Source: a virus | IMG/VR virus record: IMGVR_UViG_3300019487_000017 | DNA length: 64,000 nucleotides | Reading direction: 5' to 3' (one strand) | Shown here: positions 11,260-20,840 of the stretch, piece by piece | How positions within the stretch are numbered: position 1 is the first letter of the stretch | Layout of the letters: every line of letters starts with the position of its first letter | Notes under the pieces: generated by a model | The model's database searches: none | What the model was told of the DNA's origin: nothing | Seen by the model: only the letters and a program-made list of their open reading frames with translations | Position numbers and translations under genes: made by a program

Positions 11260-11661
11260 ATGTCTAAAGTGGTGATATTTGGAAGTCGTGGTATGATGGA
11301 CTTTCAGATATTATGTGAAGCAGTAAAAGAGAGTGGATTTGACATTTCTGAGGTTGTTTCAGGTTGTTGTAAGGATAGTCCAGATGAATTAGGTGAGAAA
11401 TGGGGGTTTGAGAATGGAATACCGATAAAATATTTTCCAGCTAAATGGGAAGATCTTGAAGCACCGAATGCAGTAATCCGTGTTAGGAAGAACGGTAGAA
11501 GATATAATGTTCGTGCTGGACATGACAGGAATAAATTGATGGCACTGTATGGGGATAAGGGCATTGGTTTATGGGATGGTACAAGTTCTGGCACTGAAGA
11601 TATGATAAAAGCATTAAGGGGTTTAAATAAGGAGGTATACGTTAAAAGGGTAAGATTGTAG
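11260..11661 (+). CDS. SLOG-family (YspA/DUF2493-like) protein
   Basis: VIFGSR, VVSG, AGHDRNKLM, WDGTSSGTEDMI. Confidence 0.8.
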   Translation: MSKVVIFGSRGMMDFQILCEAVKESGFDISEVVSGCCKDSPDELGEKWGFENGIPIKYFPAKWEDLEAPNAVIRVRKNGRRYNVRAGHDRNKLMALYGDKGIGLWDGTSSGTEDMIKALRGLNKEVYVKRVRL

Positions 11662-11732
11662 CACCGAATTAGATTATGGGCAAAAATTTAGGAATTGGGC
11701 AGGGCACGTTTAAAAGTAACTAGGAGACTTGT

Positions 11733-12728
11733 ATGGTTCGTGTTATTTCTTCAAAAGAATCGGGACAAGATGCTGAAGGAACAGCATCTAAAGAACATAT
11801 TTCATATAATCATTGGCGTACAGAGGCTGAGAAGCCTTTTAAAGATCGTAAGAAGGTTGTTGGTAAGCGTGGAGAGACTATAGTTCGTCGTTATCATTTT
11901 CGCTCTGACCAAATTGCGCAATTGAAGGCAGATGCTGCAGCTACAGGAGGTATTATAAACCCTCTAAAGAACCGTATTGGGGCATATTGGGCATCTGTAG
12001 AGGCATTAATTCTCCTGGGAATTAATGATTGGCATTCTCTTAAGAAGATTGTAGACAAGATGCAGGAAGTAATGTCTGCAATGCCAAAGAAGCGAAAAGT
12101 TAGTGGTAAGATAGCTGATACTGATGCTTGGTCGGATTTTATTTCTAAGCCCAGTCGTGATGGTTCTTCATCTGTAGCAGCTTATTTACGCAAGATTGAA
12201 CAGAATTTTCGTGTTCTCCAGCGTTTACCGCGTCCTAACAAAGAAGAATGCAATCCTTATGGGATTAAGTTAGCGCAGTTTGGTATGTGCATTGATATTG
12301 AATATCGCGTTGTTGAAGGCTGTGGAGATCCTTTGCCCTATTTTCGTTTAAATACGACTTGGACCCCTGATGATACTGGTTTACTTGTAAAGCCATTGTA
12401 CATCAATCCTAATAGTCGCCGTCGTCGTAAGGGGAAGCAGGCGGTAAATAAGGTTGAAACTGACGCAAACAAAGTTACTGATGATACAGAGGTTACGGAC
12501 GGAATGAATTTGGCTCAAGATACTGAGGATATGTCAGAAAACCGTATAGATTCTTCTGACGCATCTGAAACAACTGAGGTAAAGTCGGAAGAAATTGCTA
12601 CACAGGAGATTGCCGAGCAAATTTCTGACTACACAGATGTTGAGGATGATGCTGATGCGTCCAAGATGTTTATAGGGGATGCGTTGAACGATTTTGATAA
12701 GCAGCAAGAAGAGTTTGATTCGGAGTAA
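11733..12728 (+). CDS. Hypothetical protein with basic patch and long acidic tail
   Basis: 331-aa ORF, AGGAG RBS, followed by a terminator. Confidence 0.8.
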   Translation: MVRVISSKESGQDAEGTASKEHISYNHWRTEAEKPFKDRKKVVGKRGETIVRRYHFRSDQIAQLKADAAATGGIINPLKNRIGAYWASVEALILLGINDWHSLKKIVDKMQEVMSAMPKKRKVSGKIADTDAWSDFISKPSRDGSSSVAAYLRKIEQNFRVLQRLPRPNKEECNPYGIKLAQFGMCIDIEYRVVEGCGDPLPYFRLNTTWTPDDTGLLVKPLYINPNSRRRRKGKQAVNKVETDANKVTDDTEVTDGMNLAQDTEDMSENRIDSSDASETTEVKSEEIATQEIAEQISDYTDVEDDADASKMFIGDALNDFDKQQEEFDSE

Positions 12729-12782
12729 TTTTTATATCCCTATGGGATATAATTTTGACTCCTGAGATTAGTTAGTCAACAG

Positions 12783-12834
12783 GACGGTTACTTGTAGAAG
12801 GTACAACTTTCTATGAGTAACCGTTTTTTATTTT
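12783..12834 (+). terminator. Intrinsic terminator
   Basis: GACGGTTAC...GTAACCGTT followed by a T-tract. Confidence 0.7.
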
Positions 12835-12846
12835 GGAGAAGACTAG

Positions 12847-13599
12847 ATGTCAGAGGTATTTAAGTTGAATGAAGTTAGGTCAGAGCCGATTCTTCGTTTA
12901 TCTACTGGTATAGACGAATTGGATTGGTTATTTGGTAGGAAGCAGAATTGGGGTATAGCTAAGGGGAAGATGACTGTTATTGGTGGTGAGAACGGTTCTG
13001 GTAAAACTCGTTTATTGACCAAATTAATGAGAAACTGGGATCAGATGGGATTGCGTTGTATGATGTATCAGGGTGAGGTTACAGCCTCTCAGTTTGCTTC
13101 GGAAAAAATGCCTGGATATAAGGCTAGGGACATATACTTATGTTCTAATATGAGTATATTTAAACAGATTGACATTATACGTGAATATAAGCCTGATATT
13201 GTAATCACGGATAGTGTACAACAGATTGAGCAATGGAATTATGGTAGGGGAGCTAAAGAAATTGTTCGTTCTTTGCGAGCCGTTATTGAATCAATAGGAA
13301 CGCATGTATTCTTTATTTCTCATCTTACGGCTACTGGTACATTAAAGGGTGGCACTGATTTAGCGCATGAAGTAGATGTAAGATGTTTTTTTGGGAGATA
13401 TGCTTTAGAGACAGCTCCTGATTTAGTTTATATGCGAGTAGATAAGAATAGATATGGTCAAGTTGGCAATGAAGCTATTTTTTGTCACTTTGATCATGAT
13501 ATTGAGTGTCAGAGTACAAATAGATTAAGGGATAGAAATTGGGTTAATGACCATCCACAGGCTGAGATAATAAAGAAGAAGAGGTGGTGGATTTTTTGA
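12847..13599 (+). CDS. RadA/Sms-like RecA-fold ATPase lacking the Zn finger and Lon-like domain
   Basis: STGIDELD, Walker A GENGSGKT, DSVQ, HEVD, KNRYG (RadA KNRFG motif). Confidence 0.8.
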   Translation: MSEVFKLNEVRSEPILRLSTGIDELDWLFGRKQNWGIAKGKMTVIGGENGSGKTRLLTKLMRNWDQMGLRCMMYQGEVTASQFASEKMPGYKARDIYLCSNMSIFKQIDIIREYKPDIVITDSVQQIEQWNYGRGAKEIVRSLRAVIESIGTHVFFISHLTATGTLKGGTDLAHEVDVRCFFGRYALETAPDLVYMRVDKNRYGQVGNEAIFCHFDHDIECQSTNRLRDRNWVNDHPQAEIIKKKRWWIF

Positions 13600-13979
13600 T
13601 TCTATGAATCAAATTCTTTTTGTAAGGGATATATTCCTTTAATTTTGGAGAAAAAAATGTATTGGATCTTTAACTTTTTAAAGAAGAAAAATAAAGTTGA
13701 TGTTGTTCAACAAGAATTAGAGCAGGAGGCTAGTAGGATATTGAGATCTCATTCTACTGATGCATTTCGTTTATTGAATGAGATAAAGGCATGTTATAAT
13801 GAGTGTTATACTTTAGCTTATGATAGAGAGAATGAGGATATTGGGGATGATGAGGGGTTAAAGAACGTTTATTTCTCCTGTTTGTTTTCTTCTGAATTTT
13901 CTGTTAGGTGTTCTGTTCCATTGCAGAATTTATTTAAGAAGGTTAATAGAGATTATGAAAGAGAGAAAGGTAGAATAGA

Positions 13980-14462
13980 ATGCATGACGAAATAGGCACA
14001 TTTTTTATTGTTTTACGTCCGCAGATATTTTACACACTAGAAAATATTTTGCTTCAAGTTACTATTTCTGATTTGATTACGAATATTCAGGGAGGTTTGA
14101 AGCTGGAAGATATTCTTGCTGTTTACCCTTTTAATAGGTTAGATGATTCTCGTCAGTATGCGCAGGGTGCGATTGATGCATTGGAGGAAGAATATAAGGG
14201 AGATAATAAGCGATACATATTAGTATCATCTGTTGATAATGAATTACATACAGATGAGGGTAATATATGGGATATGATTATTTTATTGAGGGAATATTTT
14301 CTTTCTGTAGTAAAGAGTGATGAGCATGGTATAATAAATGATTTTACGCAGTTTTTTAATTTATCAAATAAAGGGGATAAGTTGAATATTGCGGGAAGGT
14401 TATTGATTTGTTTGGGTGGAGAAGAAGTTTCTCCAGAGGAAGAGGGATTAAAAATAGGATAG
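13980..14462 (+). CDS. Hypothetical protein
   Basis: 160-aa ORF. Confidence 0.65.
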   Translation: MHDEIGTFFIVLRPQIFYTLENILLQVTISDLITNIQGGLKLEDILAVYPFNRLDDSRQYAQGAIDALEEEYKGDNKRYILVSSVDNELHTDEGNIWDMIILLREYFLSVVKSDEHGIINDFTQFFNLSNKGDKLNIAGRLLICLGGEEVSPEEEGLKIG

Positions 14463-14618
14463 ATGGAAGCACAGCGGTGTGGTGACATACCTACAGTTTC
14501 TGAAAGGCTTGGTTAGATAATAGCAGTACTATGAGCTTGCTAGCCCGCAAGGGTTAATATGACAGGCTCGCCCCCTGGGAGATTGGAGACTCAGGAATTG
14601 ACTTGAGGCTGTGTATCT
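14461..14618 (+). ncRNA. Candidate structured RNA upstream of the tRNA array
   Basis: GCACAGC(14469)/GCTGTGT(14608) closing stem, GAGCTTG/CAGGCTC helix and a TAGCCC-GCAA-GGGTTA tetraloop hairpin; no ORF. Confidence 0.45.
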
Positions 14619-14697
14619 TTTTTCTTTTTAAAAATTAAAGAAGGAAAAAGAGAAAATTCGATTGTATGTGAGTAAGAGGTTGAGTAAGGTAAACAAA

Positions 14698-14805
14698 ATG
14701 TTAGAAGTAAGGAACAACATAGTTTGCAAGACAGCTGCGACAAATAGAATGTTTGCAGTTATTTTTGCGTGGAATAAAACTATGGGGTTCCTTCCTTTAA
14801 GCTGA
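14698..14805 (+). CDS. Putative attenuator leader peptide MLEVRNNIVCKTAATNRMFAVIFAWNKTMGFLPLS
   Basis: 35 codons; its 3' end carries the antiterminator strand; codons match the downstream tRNAs. Confidence 0.7.
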   Translation: MLEVRNNIVCKTAATNRMFAVIFAWNKTMGFLPLS

Positions 14806-14870
14806 TAAGAATCAGCAAAACCTAAAAAAGGAAGTAAACCCCGAAGCCAAAAGGTTATCGGGGTTTTTTA
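14784..14870 (+). promoter_or_regulatory. Mutually exclusive antiterminator/terminator (attenuator) for the tRNA array
   Basis: GGGGTT-C-CTTCCTT (14784-14797) pairs with AAGGAAG-TA-AACCCC (14828-14842). This overlaps the terminator AAACCCCGA...TCGGGGTTTTTT (14836-14869). Confidence 0.75.
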
Positions 14871-14873
14871 TTT

Positions 14874-14945
14874 TCCAGGGTAGCTCAACGGTAGAGCGTT
14901 CGGCTGTTAACCGAATGGTTACAGGTTCGAATCCTGTCCCTGGAG
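14874..14945 (+). tRNA. tRNA-Asn(GTT)
   Basis: Cloverleaf; TTCGG-CTGTTAA-CCGAA. Confidence 0.95.
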
Positions 14946-14956
14946 CTGGGGAATAT

Positions 14957-15029
14957 GTGGATGTAGCTCAGTTGGTAGAGCGCCTGCCTGAAGAGCAGGG
15001 CGTCGTAGGTTCAAGTCCTATCATCCACA
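14957..15029 (+). tRNA. tRNA-Phe(GAA)
   Basis: Cloverleaf; CCTGC-CTGAAGA-GCAGG. Confidence 0.95.
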
Positions 15030-15233
15030 CTTATGCAGGTATTGGAAGAAGATTTTCGTGATAGATGTAAAGTTCTTCCAATAAAAGGTGTTTTTTATTG
15101 TTTAGGTATTAAGGTAGTTCGTTTAGGTAATAATAAGTGGCAGTCTGGTGATTGTAGGGGTAATTGGAAACAGGTTTATCAGGCTGTTATGTTGAAAATA
15201 AACGCTGTTCTTTGACAATTGAATATCATTTAT

Positions 15234-15308
15234 TCCAGGATAGTCATCAGGGTGATGGCGTTCGGCTGTTAACCGAAAATAAGGCTGGTTCGATCCCAGC
15301 TCCTGGAG
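15234..15308 (+). tRNA. tRNA-Asn(GTT), second copy
   Basis: TCCAGGA/TCCTGGA acceptor stem; TTCGG-CTGTTAA-CCGAA. Confidence 0.9.
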
Positions 15309-15309
15309 C

Positions 15310-15364
15310 TGACCTAATATAAATGGGCGTGAGCTGATTTCGGGTTCGACTCCCGTTCGGTCCA
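15310..15364 (+). pseudogene. Truncated tRNA-like element (T-arm and acceptor only)
   Basis: CGGG-TTCGACT-CCCG T-arm and GACC/GGTC ends; no D or anticodon arm. Confidence 0.45.
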
Positions 15365-15380
15365 TTTGATGAGATATAAT

Positions 15381-15461
15381 GTGGGCTGACCCAAGGTGAC
15401 GGGTTAAAGCGATGGTGAAGCACCGACAGGTGTAGTAGGGTTCGAATCCCACTGCGTCCAC
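15381..15461 (+). pseudogene. Atypical tRNA-like element, anticodon not assignable
   Basis: GTGGGC/GTCCAC ends; GGG-TTCGAAT-CCC T-arm. Confidence 0.45.
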
Positions 15462-15489
15462 TGAAGAACGCCTAAAATATATTGTAAAA

Positions 15490-15561
15490 GCCTCCGAAGC
15501 TTTAGCGGATGAGCAACTGGCTCTTAACCAGTGGAAGCCGGATCGTTACCGGACGGGGGCA
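15490..15561 (+). tRNA. tRNA-Lys(CTT), atypical T-loop
   Basis: ACTGG-CTCTTAA-CCAGT; T-loop ATCGTTA. Confidence 0.85.
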
Positions 15562-15613
15562 TAACTGACATGTGCTATAAAACCTTATATCTATAGATAT
15601 AGAGGTAAAGCAT

Positions 15614-16024
15614 ATGTTTGAATCTCATGTTAAAGGAGAATTAGCTCAATTGGAATTCCAAAAACGAGCATTAGAAAAAGGAATTATAGTTAGTCGTCCA
15701 ACAACAGAAAGCCGGTACGACTATATTATAGATGATAAGGGAGAACTATTACGGGCCCAGATAAAATATGCTGGTTCTACAACATCTAATAGTAATGGAT
15801 CAGTTTTAGTTAGATTAGAAAAAGAATGTCGAAGTAATGGGAAACGTAGGTGTTATTCTTCTGATGAAGTAGATGTATTATTTGTTTTTATACCGCAAAT
15901 AAATAAAATATGTCGTTTTGATACAATATTTTTTGTTGATAAATCTACATTAACTATTAGAATCGAAACGGCTAAAAATAGACAAACAAAGAATGTTTAT
16001 TTAGCTCAAGATTTTATATGGTAA
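15614..16024 (+). CDS. PD-(D/E)XK endonuclease (I-Ssp6803I-like homing type)
   Basis: KGELA, SRP, RYDYIID, RAQIK, Y...EVDVLFVF. Confidence 0.85.
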   Translation: MFESHVKGELAQLEFQKRALEKGIIVSRPTTESRYDYIIDDKGELLRAQIKYAGSTTSNSNGSVLVRLEKECRSNGKRRCYSSDEVDVLFVFIPQINKICRFDTIFFVDKSTLTIRIETAKNRQTKNVYLAQDFIW

Positions 16025-16030
16025 TATTGT

Positions 16031-16103
16031 GCCGGAGTAGCTCAGCTGGTAGAGCGCCGTATTTGTAATGCGGATGTCGTGGGTTCGATCCCCTCCTTCG
16101 GCT
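16031..16103 (+). tRNA. tRNA-Thr(TGT)
   Basis: Cloverleaf; CCGTA-TTTGTAA-TGCGG. Confidence 0.93.
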
Positions 16104-16546
16104 TTTAAAAATATGTTAGAAGATAAGACACTTAAAAATTTGCAAAATACATATGAAGAGCGTCAATGTCGTGTAGGTTCTGCTCCTGACTGGGAGTATG
16201 GTATAGTTGAGAAAGTTTATCAGGCAAGAAATAGAATTGATGGACTTTATAAATGTAAAGTAATAATGGATAATAATGTTATAAAGTACATAGACATTAA
16301 TGAGATTCATATTTTTTGAGGAATAAAAATGGTTAATCAATTGCCAATTAAGGTTCAGAAGTTGATTATTGGTTCAAGTGATTTGATGACTATAGCCTAT
16401 GGTAATAAGGTTTATTTTTATTTATCTAAGGAAAACAAACAGACAAGAACAAAGATTGAAGCGATAATGAAGACTCATGTACCTGATCGGGAGTATGAGA
16501 TTAAAGTAGTTGGTAAGATTGTTGCAAGTCCTGCAACATAGCATAT

Positions 16547-16617
16547 AGGTTGTTCGTATAGTGGCATTACCTTCGTCTCCAAAACGAAAGACAGGGGTTC
16601 GATTCCTCTACAACCTG
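16547..16617 (+). tRNA. tRNA-Trp(CCA)
   Basis: AGGTTGT/ACAACCT; TTCGT-CTCCAAA-ACGAA. Confidence 0.9.
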
Positions 16618-16630
16618 TTTCCTCCAGTAT

Positions 16631-16703
16631 AGAACGGTAGCTCAATTGGCAGAGCAGTTCCCCGATTAGGAACTTGTTGTAGGTTCAACTCCTATCCGTT
16701 CTA
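16631..16703 (+). tRNA. tRNA-Ile(GAT)-like with a non-canonical loop (C33, U37)
   Basis: GTTCC-CCGATTA-GGAAC; otherwise a normal cloverleaf. Confidence 0.8.
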
Positions 16704-16720
16704 CTTGAAAGGTAAGTCTT

Positions 16721-17026
16721 ATGAAAAAGATTGCTGGACCCCATACATCGTATGAGGCGAGACGATTAGATACTCCATCTGACCCAGAAAATTCTGGATG
16801 GCAATTGGTTGTTTTTGAGGCTGATTATAACAAAGAAGGGGGTAGAGAAGTATCTTATGATGCTTGTTTAGAAGCTGCTGTATTGGCAACTGATGGGAAG
16901 ATGACAAATGTAGTTATTGTGAAGGTAGAGGTTGAGTACTGTAAACCTTCAAAACAGGAAATTAGGGATTTGATAAAGAAACATAATGCAGACCCTTTTA
17001 CTAATCCTGTTAACATGGCAGAGTGA
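16721..17026 (+). CDS. Hypothetical protein within the tRNA array
   Basis: 101-aa ORF; 3' end overlaps tRNA(CAT). Confidence 0.6.
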   Translation: MKKIAGPHTSYEARRLDTPSDPENSGWQLVVFEADYNKEGGREVSYDACLEAAVLATDGKMTNVVIVKVEVEYCKPSKQEIRDLIKKHNADPFTNPVNMAE

Positions 17027-17089
17027 GTATTGGTTTCTCGGATACGTTTCATAAGCGTGTTTATGTCGGTTCGATTCCGACCTCTGCTA
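17017..17089 (+). tRNA. tRNA(CAT), Met or Ile2
   Basis: GGCAGAG/CTCTGCT; loop TTCATAA. Confidence 0.8.
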
Positions 17090-17405
17090 CTTTATTTGGA
17101 GAAAAAATATGCCTTGTAGTGGTCCATCAATTCCATACGATCAGGCTAAAGAAGCTTATGAGGATGTTTATAAGTATATGAAGGAAAAATATAAGCTTTT
17201 TAGTTCTGATGAGGTTTTAGATAAAATTTCTCCTGCTGGATTCAGGAAGAATTGTTTAGAACAACGAAATAAGGCTGAGGAAAAGTTGAGAGAGGCTGTT
17301 TTAGATTTGTTTACTTGTGATGCGTTTGAGTCATGGTAATTTTTTAGAAAGGAGATTAATCATGCGTTATAAACGTGTTAGCGTTGATGAAGATGATAAA
17401 CGCTA

Positions 17406-17478
17406 GATCCCGAAACCTTTAGTGGATGAGGCTCAGACTTTTAATCTGATTAAGTCGGATCGTTACCGAACGGGATCA
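17406..17478 (+). tRNA. tRNA-Lys(TTT), atypical T-loop
   Basis: TCAGA-CTTTTAA-TCTGA; T-loop ATCGTTA. Confidence 0.85.
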
Positions 17479-17486
17479 TTTTTTAA

Positions 17487-17559
17487 GGGTTCGTAACTCA
17501 ATTGGTAGAGTAACAGCCTTTTAAGCTGTGAGTTGCGGGTTCGAGTCCCGCCGGACCCA
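17487..17559 (+). tRNA. tRNA-Lys(TTT), canonical
   Basis: ACAGC-CTTTTAA-GCTGT. Confidence 0.95.
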
Positions 17560-18269
17560 TTATGAAAATTACTATTACAGCGAGAGAGATTTTGAACAAA
17601 GGTTCTTGGGACAAATTCTGTCATAAGTTTGGAATTAATGAATGGGCAATGAATGAAGGTCGTATGGATCCATCTGAAGAGTTTACAATGACTCTTGAGG
17701 ATGCTAGAGAGATAGGATTAATCAATGATTTATCTGGACCATCCAATTTTCGCAGCAATTAATTCCAGTAACGCAATAGCCTCTTCTCCAGAAGGACCAT
17801 TTATTTCTAACGATAAGGAATCGTTAGAGGGTGAGTTAGAATCGTGGAAATATGATGGTTGTACAGTTGAAGAGATTGTAATTACAAGGAAAAAAGATGC
17901 CAGCCATTCCATTGCGATTGATTAAGGCTGAAGACATCAGTTGCCTTAGTTTAATTTCTAAGGCGTATCCTTATACGAGTGGGCTGATTATTGCCCTCAG
18001 TAATGAAAAAGGAGAGTGTGTTAGATATTGGGATGGGGATATGTTTATGCTCTTTGGAAGTGAAACAAGAGCAGAGGATCCAAAAACATTAAGTTCAAAG
18101 ATGATACCTTTTCAGCTTAAGAAAGCAAAAGAGTACGCATCACAGATTATTGTTGATGAGAAAATAGTGGATTTAGCTTTTTGGCTTCATCCTGAGTTTG
18201 ATTATCAGGCGATAGATAAATATAAGAATTTAAGATATCTATTCCCTGGTTGTCCGAGACAGTAAATAT

Positions 18270-18342
18270 GGGCCTGTAGTGTAATTGGGAACACACTTGG
18301 TTTGCAACCAGGGATTGAGGATTCAAATTCCTCCAGTGTCCA
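18270..18342 (+). tRNA. tRNA-Ala(TGC) with a 1-nt bulge in the acceptor stem
   Basis: CTTGG-TTTGCAA-CCAGG; G3:U70 retained. Confidence 0.75.
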
Positions 18343-18723
18343 CTTTTGAGAGGATATAATGGCTGTCATAGATCCAAATATTTCTCCTATAGATTTAAAA
18401 ATCATGCAAAATCTTCATAAGGTTGTTCGTTTGCGAGAAGAGTGCCTGAAAGAGCAAACGAATCATTATGGAAACAAAGAGAAAATGTTAGAGTATCATA
18501 ATGTATGTGAACAATTGACATCGGAGCATGTAAAGTTATATACTTCTTTGTCTCCGTTGGGCAAGGATCAGTATGATTTATGGAAGGCATATGAATTACC
18601 TTTGCCTGAATTGAATAGGAAAGGTGTTCAGCGTCCTAAGTCAGTATATCAGCGGTTACATGAGACATTGTTGTCTGGTATACCGTTTGAGTGAAAGTGA
18701 GCGCTAGTAGCTCAGAGTATTTC

Positions 18724-18797
18724 GCGCCCGTAGCTTAGCCTGGTAAAGCACTATCCTGATAAGATAGGGATCACAGGTTCAAATCCTGTTGGGCGCA
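18724..18797 (+). tRNA. tRNA-Ile(GAT)
   Basis: CTATC-CTGATAA-GATAG. Confidence 0.93.
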
Positions 18798-18836
18798 TTA
18801 AAGGATAAAAGTGAATAGACTTCTGCTATGTAATAG

Positions 18837-19268
18837 TTGAGTTCTATTATAAATACTAAAGCAAAAGGCGATGTTTCGACGGCGGTTATTTTTGCTGCCT
18901 TAGTAAAAAACGGTTTTACGGTCTTAACTCCTTGGGGAGATAAGAATCGTTATGATTTAGTTGTAGATGATAACGGAAAATTTATTCGCATTCAGTGTAA
19001 AACTGGATGCTTAAATAATAAATGCATAAATTTTAGAACTTATTCATTGACAACGAAAAACGGCAAATCAGTAAAATCAAATTATACAGCGGAAGAAATT
19101 GATCTATTTATGGTTTATTGTCCAGAGATAGACAAAATCTATGTGATAAATCAATTTGAAGTACCAAATAATATTTGTATTCTACGGGTGTCATCGCCGA
19201 AGAATAACCAAAAGACGAATATCAAGATGGCATGTGACTTTGAATTTAATGGGCTTCTGTGTATATGA
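18837..19268 (+). CDS. PD-(D/E)XK endonuclease (I-Ssp6803I-like homing type)
   Basis: KGDVS, PWGDKNRYDLVVD, RIQCKT, Y...EIDLFMVYCP. Confidence 0.88.
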   Translation: MSSIINTKAKGDVSTAVIFAALVKNGFTVLTPWGDKNRYDLVVDDNGKFIRIQCKTGCLNNKCINFRTYSLTTKNGKSVKSNYTAEEIDLFMVYCPEIDKIYVINQFEVPNNICILRVSSPKNNQKTNIKMACDFEFNGLLCI

Positions 19269-19308
19269 CTAAAAATAAAAAATATGAGTGGTGAATTTTA
19301 AGTAATTC

Positions 19309-19381
19309 GGGGCTATAGCTCAATTGGGAGAGCAGCACCTTTGCAAGGTGAAGATTGCAGGTTCGATTCCTGTTAGCTCCA
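19309..19381 (+). tRNA. tRNA-Ala(TGC)
   Basis: GGGGCTA/TAGCTCC; loop TTTGCAA. Confidence 0.93.
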
Positions 19382-20291
19382 TTCTTCTCCAGAAGTTACT
19401 ATCCTTCCATAAGACAGTTTAATCTTATAGAACAATAAGGAAAATATATGCATAAGTTTATGATTCATTTTCAGAGCGCGGCTTATTCAAATGAATTATA
19501 TGATGTTTTTGGAAGAAACATATATTCGCTTGAGAAAGCAATTAAAACAGCGGAAGATATGTATGGGAGTAAGGGTTGGGAAGTATATAACGGAATTGAA
19601 AGCGAAAACAGGTTTAGGTAATGAACAATAAAACGATGATAATTTCAGATCAACAACTAATTGATAAGTTGGCAAATAAACATCAGGTTAACTTGCTAGG
19701 TGCGAATATTATTTGTACAGATGAGAAACCAATTGGAAATGGTATTTTTGGTTGTGCAAGATGCGAACTAATTAATTATTTCCAATTTCAAGAAGAAAGT
19801 GGAGATAATGCATCACCCTAATATTTTCGCAGCACTTTTTCAAGAGATAATTACACAATTATCTAAGGAAGAACAGAATACACTATATAACTTGTGTAAT
19901 TCAAATAATGTGACAGAAACCGAGTTGAACGTATTGCGAGGAAAGATTCAGGTTTTAGCCAATGGAACAACACTCACAATACAAGCAAGAAACTTTTTGT
20001 CTTTTTTATTGAATGGACTTCCTAAGACTCCTGAGAAGAAGTTGAGCATAGATATTGACATAAACCAACGTCCAATATAAGGTTGGTATTAAAATGGAAG
20101 AAGCAGAGGTTCTGAGTTAAGGTTGATATTGTTAGTACTCCTGATGATAAACCTCATTTGCAAGTTTCTTTGTGTACAGAGGGATATCCTTATCTTGTAC
20201 TGATAGAGTCTGATTCTATACTGTTGGATTTAATACAAAACGCCAAGATTATTATGTAGACGTTAAGGGATCGTAGCTCAACTGGATTAAC

Positions 20292-20363
20292 GCGAGCGTA
20301 GCTCAAAGGCGGAGCAAGGAACTCATAATTCCGGGGTTGTAGGTTCGAATCCTACCGTTCGCA
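20292..20363 (+). tRNA. tRNA(CAT), Met or Ile2
   Basis: GCGAGCG/CGTTCGC; loop CTCATAA. Confidence 0.88.
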
Positions 20364-20405
20364 TTAGAAACGACGATATTTAAATTCTTTATTATCTTCA
20401 ACTTC

Positions 20406-20481
20406 AGCATGACAATTTAAACAATGGTAGCATTCCCCCGCGTAGGCTGGGGGAGGTAAGAGTTCAAATCTCTTAATGTTT
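20406..20481 (+). pseudogene. Degenerate tRNA-like element
   Basis: AAGAG-TTCAAAT-CTCTT T-arm, CCCCC/GGGGG stem with an oversized loop, weak acceptor stem. Confidence 0.4.
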
Positions 20482-20493
20482 TTGTGGTTATAT

Positions 20494-20565
20494 GTCCCTG
20501 TAGGCTAACGGATAAACCCACTGCCTTCTAAGCAGTTTTTGCAGGTTCGAATCCTGCCAGGGACA
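20494..20565 (+). tRNA. tRNA-Arg(TCT)
   Basis: ACTGC-CTTCTAA-GCAGT. Confidence 0.95.
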
Positions 20566-20840
20566 CTTGAATAATTTTTCCCTCCTATAAGAAATTCATC
20601 TTTAAATTCAAAAATTCTCTTAAAAACTCTTGATTTCTATAAATATTGTGTTTTTAAGGGTTTAAGATACTAATCTTGTAGCTATAAAGATAGAAATGCG
20701 AAGATAGAAGATTAGAATTGTTGATTATCTCCAGAATTAAGATATCATTCTGTAGTAACTTCGTTGAAGCCAATCATATTCATTCGAATGTTCGAATGAG
20801 ATTAGGCTAAAAGGTATCCATACAATCAAAGGAAACTGTT

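Noticed and set aside
15123-15461. Minus-strand ORFs over tRNA genes (also 18205-18405, 49466-49705 and 52477-52698)
   Set aside because: They overlap tRNA or tRNA-like genes on the + strand and are spurious.
15562-16030. Group I intron around the endonuclease genes
   Set aside because: The flanking tRNAs are uninterrupted and the spacers are too short for an intron core.
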